Assembly (NCBI GenBank): GCA_043228905.1
Contig: JBHGNT010000009.1
Location: forward strand, 6,138,001-6,202,000
Direction of reading: 5' to 3'
DNA length: 64,000 bases
Source: Azolla caroliniana
Lineage: Eukaryota; Plantae; Polypodiophyta
Positions 25,289-37,597 of the stretch are shown piece after piece; within the stretch, counting starts at the first letter, position 1; each line of letters begins with the position of its first letter. The notes below the pieces were generated by a model. It did not search any database. It saw nothing but the letters and a program-made list of their open reading frames with translations, and was not told the DNA's origin. Position numbers and translations under genes: made by a program.

Positions 25289-25618
25289 CAGTTACGCGCT
25301 CTGATTTCTTCTTGCACCAACAAGGAAGAATCATCACACAACGACAACTACGACACCCAAAAAAAAAAAACTAAAAGTTTGCCCTAAGTCATATTTATAC
25401 TAATATGACTCTTCGGCTATTTACAAATGTAGCCTCGATGGGCTCCATCCGGCTCTCCGCAGTCGGGTACTCCTCATCCGGTTCATACCGGGCCTACACC
25501 ATCCGACTCTCCGAAGTCGGGTTCTCCCCATCCGGTTCATACCGTTTCGGCCTCGGCCGAGTTTGTTCGTCGGCACTGTTCTTCTCCCTTCCCATCCGGA
25601 GGGACCTGTCTACCAACA
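24980..25618 (-). repeat. 3' LTR of F
   Basis: TG...CA, adjacent to the PPT, with its U5 end repeated at 39537-39570. Confidence 0.9.
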
Positions 25619-27761
25619 AACTCCCCCTTCACTCCGGCATGGGGTGTCTTTCCAGCCCGATCCTCTTCCGGCATGCGTCCAGCTTGTCGGGTGTCAGCAC
25701 TTTGGTCAGCATATCTGACCCGTTCTCGGCCGTGTGGATCTTCGTCAGTGCGAACTCCTGGTCATCTACCCTTTCCCGGATCCAGTGATACCTCCGCTGG
25801 ATATGCTTCGTCCGGGAATGGTAGGCCGCATTCTTAGCAAGGTGGATGGCACTTTGACTGTCGCAGTAGAGTCGGTATTCCTCTTGCCAGATACCGAGCT
25901 CTCCGATGAAGTCCTTCATCCATAATATTTCCTTGCCGGCTTCTACAGCCGCCATGTACTCCCCCTCTGTGGTTGACAATGCAACCGTCTTCTGCAGCCT
26001 CGACTGCCACGAAACAGCTCCCCCTGCATATGTCATCACATACCCGGATGTAGACCGGCTGGTATCCACATCAGCCGACGTGTCCGAATCGGTGAAACCG
26101 TCCAGTTGAGGTTTTCCGGAGCCGAATCGGAGACACATATTTGAAGTGCCCTTCAAATACCGGAGTATCCACTTGACCGCGTTCCAATGCTCCTTTCCGG
26201 GGTTGCTCATAAACCGGCTCACCACTCCGACTGCGTATCCAATGTCCGGTCGGGTACAAACCATTGTGTACATCAAGCTCCCGACGGCAGAGGCATATGG
26301 AATCTTCATCATATCTGCCTTCTCTCCTTTTGTCTTCGGGCTTTGCTTGCCGGACAATTTGCAGTTTACCGGAAGTGTCGATCCGACCGGTTTTGCATCT
26401 GACATGTTGAACCGGTGAAGCACCTTTGTCACATACTTCTCCTGTGACAGCCATAGTTGCTTCACTGACCGGTCCCGAATGATGTGCATCCCCAACATCT
26501 GTCTTGCCGGACCCAAGTCCTTCATTGAGAAGGTCCGGTTGAGAGCCTTCTTCAGCATCCGTATTTTGCCTTGGTCTCGTCCGACGATCAACATGTCATC
26601 CACGTATAGGAGGAGTATCAGGAAGTCCCCTCCTTCGAACTTCTTCACAAACACGCAGTGAACGGCCTGCGTCTTGTGGTACCCTTGATCGGTCATGAAG
26701 GAGTCGAACTTCCGATACCATTGCCGGGGGGAGCCTGCTTCAGTCCGTACAGGCTCTTCTTCAACCGGCATACCAGGTGCTCCTTCCCTTTCTCCACAAA
26801 TCCTTCCGGTTGCTGCATGTAGATTTCCTCTTCGAGGTCGCCGTGGTGGAATGCCGTCTTCACGTCCAGCTGCTCTACCTCGAGATCCATGCTTGCTGCT
26901 ATACTCAGCACCGTCCGGATGGAGGTCATCTTTACTACCGGGGCGAATATTTCGTCGAAGTCCACGCCCTTCTTCTGCTGGAACCCCTTCACCACGATCC
27001 TGGCTTTGTATCTCGGGGGGTTGCCGGCATCTCCCGGTTTCAACTTGAATACCCACTTGTTTCGGAGTGCCTGCTTTCCTTTCGGCAGCTCCACCAATTC
27101 GTACGTATGGTTCTCATGCAGGGAATCCATCTCATCCTGCATGGCACTTAACCATTTTCGGCTGTGGGTGTCTTCCTTCGCTTCCGGCTCCCCCTCATCG
27201 GTTAGCAGGACATGCTCTGCATCCGGAAATCTCCGGGGCGCCCTTCTCTCTCTGAGAGGATATCTACGTCTTCGGGCTTCGGTAATCGGTTCCTCCATTT
27301 GCTCTTCATTCGAATCCGATTCGGGATCTTGACCGGTTCCGGTCTCAGCTTCCTCTACTTCTTCTTCTGCCGGTTCGGTATCCTCACCGTAACCGGCTGG
27401 TTCCTCGAGTGCTAACCGGTCTCCTGCCGGTTGGGTCTGCTCATTGTAGAGTCTATCCTTACCGGTCGACTCGGAGTTCACTATCTTCTTCTCCGACTCC
27501 CAGTCGGCGAGGGTCTTGTCCTCCATGAAGATAATATCTCGACTCCGGAATACCTTCTTGTCGACCGGGTCCCACACTCGGTAGCCGAACTCATCGTCAC
27601 TGTAACCGAGGAATATGCATGGCCGGGTCTTTGGATCTAGCTTTCCTCTCCGGTCCTTTGCTACATGCACGTACGCGAGACACCCGAACACCCTCAGATG
27701 CCGGTAGGAGACTTCCTTACCGGTCCATACTCTCTGTGGCGTGTCTCCGTCCAGGGGTACT

Positions 27762-28180
27762 TGTTACCGGCCGGCAAGGAGTCCAAAATACGGAGTGAAG
27801 GAATTAATTAGATATGGTTGTAAATGAGCATAGTGTGGACGGACGGACTGGAAACGGTATGCCGTTCCAGATCCGGACGGATCCCGAATAGGTGCGAGAG
27901 GCACCGTTTTGTACTACGGGCCGGAAACCTATTTAAAGGCCCGGACCCCATTGTAATGACAGCGGATAATTAATAGAGCTTATGTTGTTTATACTTCTGT
28001 CTTGATTTCCGTTCTGTAATTACTGTTATATCTTACGCGTGTAATTCACCAAAGCATTCTAATCGTGTAACCTATGTAAGTCGGTGTAATCGTTGAATCT
28101 TAATCCTATGCCGTAATCACCCTTTGGTGAAGTGTCTCCGTGACACCTTGTGTTAGGCCTTGTCCGGCTAGAGAATAACA
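27762..28180 (+). repeat. 5' LTR of G
   Basis: TG...CA, repeat of 37179-37597. Confidence 0.95.
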
Positions 28181-28186
28181 CAGTTT

Positions 28187-28196
28187 TGGCGACCAC
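28187..28196 (+). promoter_or_regulatory. PBS of G, probably tRNA-Arg
   Basis: TGGCGACCAC 6 nt after the LTR matches plant tRNA-Arg 3' ends (...GTGGTCGCCA, from recall). Confidence 0.65.
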
Positions 28197-28231
28197 GATT
28201 CCTGCTTTCTCGCAGCGAACGACGGTAATGG

Positions 28232-31200
28232 ATGACTAGACCAACGCACGACTTGGTTACAGACCGAGCTCGACGCCTCGACCATTTTCGGCGTGAGACT
28301 TTCCAGCAAGCAGCGCAGGAAATTCGCTCGGATCGTTCGTTCTCCAACGAGATCCGGAGAGTCGCGGAGGAATCTCTCCGGTTACGGCAAACTCGCGACC
28401 AGGACGACGGAAGCAGTGGAAGTAGTCTCCGGGAAACCGAACGCCTCCTGGAGGCACTGGCAAGCGGAGAAAACGAGGCAGAAGCCTTTTCAGCCTACGA
28501 ATCGGATTCCGAAGTGGGATACAACGTGCACACAAACTACCGGAGCAGCAACGATACCCCCGGCGGCCCGGAGGACGACGGGTCGGATACCGTGCCGACT
28601 CCAGAACCGGAACCGCTCAACCAGGGCTATCCGGAACCGCAAACGGAAGCCGTCAACCCACCAACACCGGAAGTGGAAGAAGCAAAGCCACCAACACCAA
28701 CGAAAGAGCCGGCAAAGGTACCGGAAGAAGAGCCGGAAAAAGAACCGGAAAAAGAACCGGAAAAAGCACCGGCAAAAGAACCGGAAGTGGAACCGGAGAA
28801 AGAACCGGAAAGATATCAACAAACGCCACTAAACCGCGGCCTAATACTGGACGACGACATGCCGTTCCAATACTCAAAGTATCGCGATGACCCGGACGCG
28901 GAAGCGCATGTTCATGACTTCGAGCAGACATGGGAAGCAAATCACACGTCCCAGCGAATGACATCGGAGGAAGAAGAACGCTCGAAGATAGCGGAATTCG
29001 GAGTCACGTTGGAGGGACCGGCGACACGATGGTGGCGGACGCAGGACCCGGCGACCATCACAACCTTTGCAGAATTAAAAGCAAAATTCTTGCATTTTTT
29101 CCACAAGGAGGTAGACCAGACGACAATGGTGGGCCTGTTTTATACGATCCGGCAGGAGGCAGGGGAAAGCATTCCCCAATTCGTCATCCGTTTCCAACGA
29201 ATGCATAGCCAGCTTGCCCGTGCACCCCCGGAGGAGGAATTACGGACGATATTTTTAAACGCACTCCGGGAACCGTTACGCACGGTGTGTACGGTAATCG
29301 ACTTTCGAGGATGCACCATCGACCAGGTCATTGACCGGGTCAGAGAAATGGAAAAGACAAGCTCATGGCTTACGCTGGGAACACTGCAACGGGCGTTACC
29401 CACCGAGGAAGATCTCCGGTTCCGGCAAGCAATTCAATGCACAATCTGCTTGAATGCCGGACACTCGGCAGTAGAGTGCACCATGCACACTCAGTGTGTG
29501 ATTTGTCAATCCAAGAGTCATACAACGGACTGGTGCGAGTACAACCTGTTAAATCGACAAGCACCACCCGTCCGACGGATCGAGCCAAGAAGCAGCCGAG
29601 ACGAAGATGACGATCGTTGGCAAAGAATGAACCGGTACCCACCGGCACAGGATGTCCGGTACGGGGACAGGCAAGAGAATGATGGCCGGTACGGGAATCG
29701 GCGTGATAACTACGACCGGTATGAGCGATCGGACCGTTATCGGGAGCCCAACAGACGACACGAGCAATACGACAGAGACCATTCCCCGGGTTACCGAAGG
29801 CACCAGGAGGACTACGGCCGATTTTACGATCTACCACGACCGGACTACCGAAATAAAAATAAGAATAATAAGAAACGTAATTTCAAGAAAGGTGGTCGCA
29901 CTAGGGACCCGGAACAGGGAACCCCAAGGAGCCAACCGGCACAGAACGCACCACTCACTACGGGACCGACTCCGGCTACCAGCAATGCTGAATCCAGCAA
30001 TACCCGTAAAGAGTACTGCTACTACTGCAGGCAGGAAGGCCACTACAGTAACCAGTGCCCGGTAAAGAGCTACGAGAAACGACCAGCAGTTAATATGGTG
30101 GTTCCGGAAGTGGCGGATTTACAGCAAGTAACCACACGGTCGAAAGGCATGGCCAAAGAATGGGAAACACAAGAGGCCATACGAAAACAGGCGACGGAAT
30201 GGGTGAAGGAAGCCAATGAAAGGAACGTCGCGGACGCGGAACGGCAAAAGGCGAATACCATAGGGAGTGCCGGCGGTAGCCACCCAGAAAACGAGACATG
30301 GCAAGCACTACAAGAATGTCAGATCACGTTACCATTAGGAAGACTCTTGCAGCTCGTGCCGCGATTCACAGAAGGACTAAAAACGGTCATGACAGACGGT
30401 ATAGCCCCACTGGCACCAGTCCTCTTCTCGAATCCGGAGGAGGGACCGACGGTGGTGGACACTAGTAGTCCGGCGATTACAGCTATTGTCAAAGGGCACG
30501 AACTTCCCGGCACCGTAATCGATGGAGGTTCCGGGGTGAACGTAATAAGCCTCCGTACGTGTGATGCCTTGGGTATACATGAATGGGAGCCATGCCCGTT
30601 CTGGCTACGGATGGCGGATACGAGCTCGGTACGGCCGACGGGCTTAATACGGAAATTGGAAGTCACCATAGGAGGTCACACATTTCACATCTCGGCTGTA
30701 GTGCTGCAGCTACAGGCGCAAGGCGCGTACCCTCTGTTGCTGGGCAGACCATGGTTGAAAACAACACACATCAAGCAAAATTGGCGAAAAAATATGATTA
30801 CCTTCCGGCGCGGAAAAGCCAAGGTCCGGGTACCGACACAACCACGGACGAGCAACGGTAAGGAATGCACACCGCTGTATGCGGAATGTGTGAACATGCT
30901 TGAAGGATTGGCAGACGACGAAGAAGCCCAGTACTTGGAGGAACACCCGAAGATCGTACCACTCTTCGAGATTGACGTAGCTGAAGCCGTAGCCCCATAC
31001 TTGCCGCAGCGGGACGACACCGAAGCCGAACCAGACAAAGATGCGATTCGGGAATTACGGCAAGCACAGGAAGCGTTGGAACGGGAAATGGCCGTTTCCC
31101 AACGGGTAAAAGCATCCCAGCTCGACGAAGTGAACCTAGGAAGCAAGGACGAATCAAAGCCGGTACACATCGCCAAAGAAATGAAGCCGGAAGATAAAGC

Positions 31201-34076
31201 GGCGATGATCAAACTTCTCACGGAGTTTCGCGACGTATTCGCCTGGTCATACAAAGACGCGAAACCAGATCCACTTAGGCAAGGACGCGAAACCAGTGGC
31301 GCAAAGACGATACCGAATGAACCCCAACTACGCCGCCAAAGTGAAGGAGGAAATCGACAAACTCCTAAGAGTGGGCTTCATCCGGCCGGTAAAGAAAGCG
31401 ACGTGGCTGAGCCCCATCGTCGTCGTCCCAAAGAAGAATGGTAAAATCCGTGTGTGTGTAGATTACAAGAAACTAAATGCCGCCACAATTACGGATGCAT
31501 TCCCTCTTCCGTTCACGGATGGAGTACTGGATGCCGTCGCCGGGCATGAAGTTTATAGCTTTTTAGACGGCTTCAGCGGATACAATCAAATCCGGATGCA
31601 CCCCGACGACCAGGAGAAGACAGCGTTCGTCACCGAATGGGGGGTGTTTGTGGCCGAAGTCATGATGTTCGGCCTAAAAACGGCACCAGCAACTTTCCAG
31701 CGAATCATCATGGAGATCTTCGGCGAATACATTCCTGCCTTCATGCAAGTTTTCCTGGATGATTTTGCAGTCTATAGCCGGGGAAAAGACCATTTGCAGC
31801 ACCTACGGTTATGCCTTGAAAAGTGTAGGTTATACCGGCTAAGCTTAAACCCAGCAAAATGCATCTTTGGGGTTTCAAGTGGAATATTGCTGGGACACAT
31901 TGTAAGTAAGGAGGGCATTGCGGTCGACCCGGACAAAGTAAACGCCATACTAGGGGCACCGGCGCCGAAAACGGCCAAAGCACTAAGCCGATTCTTAGGA
32001 CAGATCCGGTGGCACAGCCGGATGCTCCGTCACTTGGCTGACTTGGCTACACCATTACACACCGCGGTACATCGGACACCGTTCCAATGGACGGATACGG
32101 AGGATAAGGCATACAATGCCCTGAAGGTACTTTTATCGCAAGCACCCGTCGTGCAGCCTCCGGATTGGAGCAAGGAATTTCATGTGTTCGTGGACACTTC
32201 CGACATCGCTATTGGCAACGCCTTAATGCAACTTACGGAGCCTAAATGGTACCGGCCGGTATATTACGCCAGCCGGAAGCTGTCCCAAGCGGAAAAGAAC
32301 TATTCAACGACAGAACGGGAGGCCCTGGGCATGATCTACAGTGTAACAAAGTTTCGTCATTACCTATTGGGACGGAAGTTCTCCTTCCATGTGGATCACT
32401 CGGCGCTCCTGTACTTAGTATCCAAGGCGTCCTTGACCGGTAAGTTGGCCCGTTGGACCTTGCTGTTGCAGGAGTTCGAATTCGAGATCTTCCACCGCCC
32501 CGGTATCCAGCATGTCGTAGCAGACTACCTGAGCCGGTTAGAGTCCGGAGAAGCAGGCGACGGAGTAGCGGATGAATTCCCGGACGCAGAGTTATTCCGT
32601 ATCACCCCGGAAACGGCAGCAGACGACACGGTGGCATCAGAAGATAGGTGGCTGACGAACATGCACCAGTTCCTAAGCACGGGCCTGCCACCGGAGGAAA
32701 TGAACCGGGACGAGAGGAAACGACTGGCGGTGCAGAGCCGCAATTTCTGTCTGTTACGGGACACTCTCTACCACAAAGGAGCAGATGGAATATGGAGACG
32801 GGCAGTCCGTAGTGACGAGAAACAAGTAATCTTACGGGAAGCACACTGTGGGGTTGCCGGAGGACACTATGCCGGGGAAGCGACGGCGAGGAAAGTATGG
32901 CAGAGCGGCTTATGGTGGCCCACGACGTTAAAAGACGCCGTCAAGTATGCTAAGGAATGTGACCTATGCCAACGAATGGGCCAGCCTACGGAGCAAGCAC
33001 GGATGCCACACCAACCGGTACTTCCACTAGAGCCATTCCAGAAGTGGGGGTTGGATTTTGTCGGACCGTTCAAGCCACCGGCAATGAGAACAGGTAATCG
33101 TTATGTCATCGTGGCAACGGATTATTGCACTAAATGGGTGGAGGCTAAGGCCTTGAGAGACAATACCGCGTCATCCACAGCAAAATTCCTGTACGAAAAC
33201 ATTTGGTGCCGATATGGATGTCCGATTGAATTAATCAGCGACCAAGGAGGGCACTTCCTCGGCCAGGTAGTGGAAAGCTTAACAACGTTCTATGCCGTGG
33301 TTCATAAACGGAGCACACCGTACTACCCACAAGCGAACGGGTTAGCAGAGTCCACCAACAAAACGCTGCAGAACATTCTCCGCAAAATTGTCAATGAAAA
33401 CCGGACGGACTGGGACACAAAGCTCCATAGCGCGCTATGGGCGTACAGAACGGCATACAAAACAAGTATCCGGACAACGCCGTTCCGGTTAGCATTCGGC
33501 TTAGAAGCGGTCATGCCGGTGGAATTTCAGGTACCAAGCTTACGGATCCAACTACGGGAACGGCTGAATGAAAAGAAGTCGGAGGAAATGCGGCTAGCAG
33601 CACTATGCGAACTGGAGGAGCAACGGCTGGCCAGCATCCTACACATGGAACTGGAGCAACGACGACGGAAAGCGTTCGTTGACCGTCACCGGAAAGGTAA
33701 TGAGAAGATGTTCGAAATCGGAAAGCCGGTGCTAGTATTCCAAACGAGGATGGGCAAGATGCCGGGTAAACTCCGGTTCAGATGGACAGGCCCGTATTGG
33801 CTGACACGGGAATACAACGGGTCCTATCAGATAGGGACACTTGCCGGTGAAGTACTAGGCAAGTGGGTGAACGGATTTCGACTAAAGCCCTATAAAGGAC
33901 CGATGCCAAAGAACCCGTTTATGCAGCTCACCGGCACTACACCGGGAACCTGTCCGGGATCGGTACGGATCGGTCCGGAAGAAAAAGACGACGGGGAACC
34001 AGTAGCAGAGGCGAAGGAAGACACGGCAACCCGTAAGGAAAACGGTAAGGGTCCGAGGGGACCTACGGATGTGTAA
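28232..34076 (+). pseudogene. gag-pol: Gag-Pol of G, broken by one lesion at about 31256-31268
   Basis: Retrotransposon gag, CCHC knuckles, IDGGSGVN protease, LDGFSGYNQI and FLDD RT, RNase H, integrase with GPY motif. No chromodomain and no second RNase H seen. Confidence 0.93.
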
Positions 34077-34090
34077 GGTCACACACCGTC

Positions 34091-34131
<41 letters not shown>

Positions 34132-34454
34132 TAAAAATCGAGGTATGAACGGACGTGAAAGCAAGGCACGAAAAGGTACGTAGTGGGCATTTAAGAGCCG
34201 CCACGTACTTAATACTAAATCGGTACACGACGTGCGCATGCTCGAAAAAAGGCGCCAAGACGCACAGAGAAAAAGAAGAGCGCATGGAGACCTTCTTTTT
34301 TCGCGAGCCAAGAAGCACAGAAGCACCAAGGCAGTGGAAGCTGAGCAAACGCGAACCTGCACGCAGAGAACCCCCGCGCTCAGAACGCTCTCTCTCTCGC
34401 TCTCACTCTCATCACCACTCTACTTCGCCATCTTCCCTCGACCTTGAAGCAGAC

Positions 34455-37126
34455 ATGGAACCACAAACGCTGTCGGAAGCGGCCAGGAAATGGTTCAGGC
34501 AACACGGACTGGAGGGGTTCTTGGCCATCATGGAGGCACCGCCGCACAGAGAAGCCGACCGGGTCATCAAGGAGCTCGCCACAGAGGTCATCACCGAGGA
34601 AGCGATCCGCGCGCTAACAGGCCTTCCGGAGGGAGGAATCTTTCAGATCGATAACCCAACCTCGGAGCAACTCATCCGATATTTCGGTGAGTACTCTGTT
34701 GCCGGCAAAGGCTATCGGACGCAGGGCGGCGAAGATCCGCTATTCAGGGAGATAGCTCGAGTGCTCCATGAGTACGGTCACGTGTACCCCCGACCCCCTG
34801 TCATGCCAAAAAATCGGGCAGGGATGATCATAGCCACCTATGAAGGGATCAAGGTGGACTGGCCGGTGTTGATTGCAGACGGTTTGTGCACGGCAATCGA
34901 CTTGGTACGAGGAAAGGACGGCAAGGAGGGCCGGAAGCTGTGGCACACCGTAGCTCAATGGATAACATTGCTCGTGCCGCCGGTCAAGACCGTCCAGCCA
35001 AAGAAGCGGCCAAGAGTATCGGAAGGAAGCACCTCGAAGCCGGCGTCCAAACGACAGCAGCTGCTGGCGTCGAAGGCGACGAAAGGGAAGAAACGGGTCC
35101 CAGAACCGGAGGAGGTGTCACCGGTCCGACCCGTCAAGATAACCATACGGAGACCGGGACAGAAGGAACCGGAACCCTTGACGGCACAGAAACATGCCGT
35201 GACACAGGAAGAGGAAACGGAGGAGCCAGAAGAGCACCTCCAACGACGGTCAAGAAGTAGGACCGCCGAGACAGGAGGGGAGCGGTCGTACCCGCGAGAG
35301 GCAGAAACGCCCCCAACTCAACCTGAGCAAACCACAAGGGAGGAACCGGAACCGGTGCGTAGGGAACCGGTCTTGTCGACTTCTATAGAAGAAGTCATTC
35401 CAACGGCTCCGGAGATGGCGAGAACCGGAACTCAACAGCCGGCGAGCCCAGCCAGAACACACGGCGGCCAAGGAGTAGAACCAGAACGGCATATGCAGGC
35501 ACTCAGGCCAGACAATTCCACAGTGAATGAGCCGACCCGACCAGTACAGCAACAAGGCACCAGTAGCATGTGGCTACGGTGGGTAGGCGAGCAAATCGCC
35601 GGAGTGGTCGAGTATATAGAGGCGGAAGAGAGAGCGCACCAGGAACGGTTGCTCGTCACAACCGTAGATCTAGAGACGGCCCGGTCCAGATCCAGAGCCT
35701 TGAACAAGACTTGGAAAGGGTCACAAGGGAAATGGCTCAAGTGGCTTTGACAACACAAGTCCAAGCACCGGTGACTCCGGGCAATGTACAGAATAAAGCG
35801 GCAGATCAACCTGTACATAGCAATCAGACCCCGGCAACGGAAACCGTTCCGGAGAGAAATGCGGCACAAGCCCAAGAGCTTGCGGATTTAAAGGATGAGC
35901 TAGCTGCCCAAGAAGCGCTGAGGAGCTGCGAAAGAGAATTGAAGACGGCAGTGGAGGCAGAACTCAAAAAGACTGCTGAGAATCTACGCCGGGCCGAGGA
36001 GAGCTTACGGAAAGGCCACCAAGCGTACGACCGGCTCAAGGAGGAGAAGGAGAAAATGCTGCAAGAGAAGGAGAGGCTCCGGAGGAACGCCGAAACAGAA
36101 GTAGAGCGCCTGAAAGAGGAACTCCGGCAGGTAAAGGACCGGGAGGACCGGAACCATCGCCAGATCAACGGCAAGCTCAAACAAAAAACGGAGGAATTTG
36201 AGCAATTGCACCGGGAGTATAAACGGTTGCAAACGGAGCACAAGGAACGGACGGATGAGCTCCGGCAAGCAGTTGATCGGACCGCAACCGCATTCGCCAA
36301 GGAACAAGCGGAAAACAGAAGACGGTTGGAAGAGGCGGAGAAGGTTCGGACAGAGCTCCTCAGGCAACAGCAGGCGGAAAAAGAAAGAGCGGCGGAGGTA
36401 CTGCAGAGGCTGTAAACGACATATCAAGGGCAGCTGACGCGCTACAGAGAGCAGGCGGAGGATACGGCAAATCTCATCAAGCAGTTGAAGAAGGAGCGAC
36501 AAGTGGTGGAAAGCAGAGCACAAATGGGAGCAAGTCGCATCCAGGATATCATGCAGGCCTGGTTGAACCAGACCAAGAGCTTGATTGACAACGGTTCCGT
36601 CAAATGATGGACCAAGTGGGCCACGAACGCGGCGGAACTCCAATTGCTCCGGGCTGACGTAGAGAACCGGCGGAAGGAGGGAGATGATTGCTATATGCTG
36701 AATTCTGAAGATTTCACCGGCATAAGAGATGAGCTGGCCGAAGACTTTCAAGCCTTGGCAGAGGACCAACTAGAGCAAGTCCGGCAACTTGTAGCTCAGC
36801 TGGACGACGACAGGCTGGAGGCGCAGATCCAGTTTGAAAGCTACGAGAGGTCCCGGATCCGGGGAGAGAAAGAACGAGAACCAGTTACGGTCAACCTCAG
36901 TGATGAGGAACCGTTACTGGAAGGAGACCGGACCGGAAGCAGTCAAACGGAGATGCCGGAGCCAGAGAAACAAACGGAGCAGCAGCAGCAAGCAGAGCAG
37001 CCGGAGCAGCCTCAGTCCCAACCGCAACCACAGCAGCAGCAGCAAGCACAGCCGCAGCAACCACAACCGGAAGAACAAGTGGAAATTCTTGAACAAAGTA
37101 TTTTGGACAATTTGGGTGAACAATGA
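34455..37126 (+). pseudogene. Extra 3' ORF of G (about 890 aa): globular N-terminus, Pro/Glu-rich linker, long coiled coil
   Basis: ATG 34455 to TGA 37126, reconstructed across a frameshift (about 35690) and stops at 36413 and 36605. Homologous pieces occur in E and I. Confidence 0.8.
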
Positions 37127-37178
37127 AGGGGCCGAGAAGGGTTCGACGTACAAGGTACTGTCCCACGGGCGTGCCATG

Positions 37179-37597
37179 TGTTACCGGCCGGCAAGGAGTC
37201 CAAAATACAGAGTGAAGTAATTAATTAGATATGGTTGTAAATGAGCATAGTGTGGACGGACGAACTGGAAACGGTATGCCGTTCCAGATCCGGACGGATC
37301 CCGAATAGGTGCGAGAGGCACCGTTTTGTACTACGGGCCGGAAACCTATTTAAAGGCCCGGACCCCATTGTAATGACAGCGGATAATTAATAGAGCTTAT
37401 GTTGTTTATACTTCTGTCTTGATTTCCGTTCTGTAATTACTGTTATATCTTACGCGTGTAATTCACCAAAGCATTCTAATCGTGTAACCTATGTAAGTCG
37501 GTGTAATCGTTGAATCTTAATCCTATGCCGTAATCACCCTTTGGTGAAGTGTCTCCGTGACACCTTGTGTTAGGCCTTGTCCGGCTAGAGAATAACA
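37179..37597 (+). repeat. 3' LTR of G
   Basis: Repeat of 27762-28180, followed by the TSD. Confidence 0.95.

Larger units (their letters stand above)
27762..37597 (+). mobile_element. Element G: full-length young Athila-like gypsy with an extra 3' ORF
   Basis: Two 419-bp LTRs (3 substitutions seen), TSD GTACT (27757-27761, 37598-37602), PBS, gag-pol and an additional sense ORF. Confidence 0.96.

Noticed and set aside
24980-25304. C-terminal part of the 473-aa ORF 23883-25304, and similar read-through tails at 37476-37597, 12936-13028 and 62381-62400
   Set aside because: Chance read-through from a host ORF into an inserted LTR.
28490-28964. Antisense FR/PVL-repeat ORFs and other overlapping antisense ORFs across the GC-rich elements
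   Set aside because: They are shadows of the 12-nt PEKE repeats and codon bias of the sense ORFs.
34155-36415. Retroviral envelope gene
   Set aside because: No signal peptide, fusion peptide or transmembrane helix is visible. The protein is highly charged coiled coil.
37127-37178. Hammerhead or HDV-like ribozyme before the 3' LTR
   Set aside because: No CUGANGA/GAAA core or nested double pseudoknot is conserved in all three copies.
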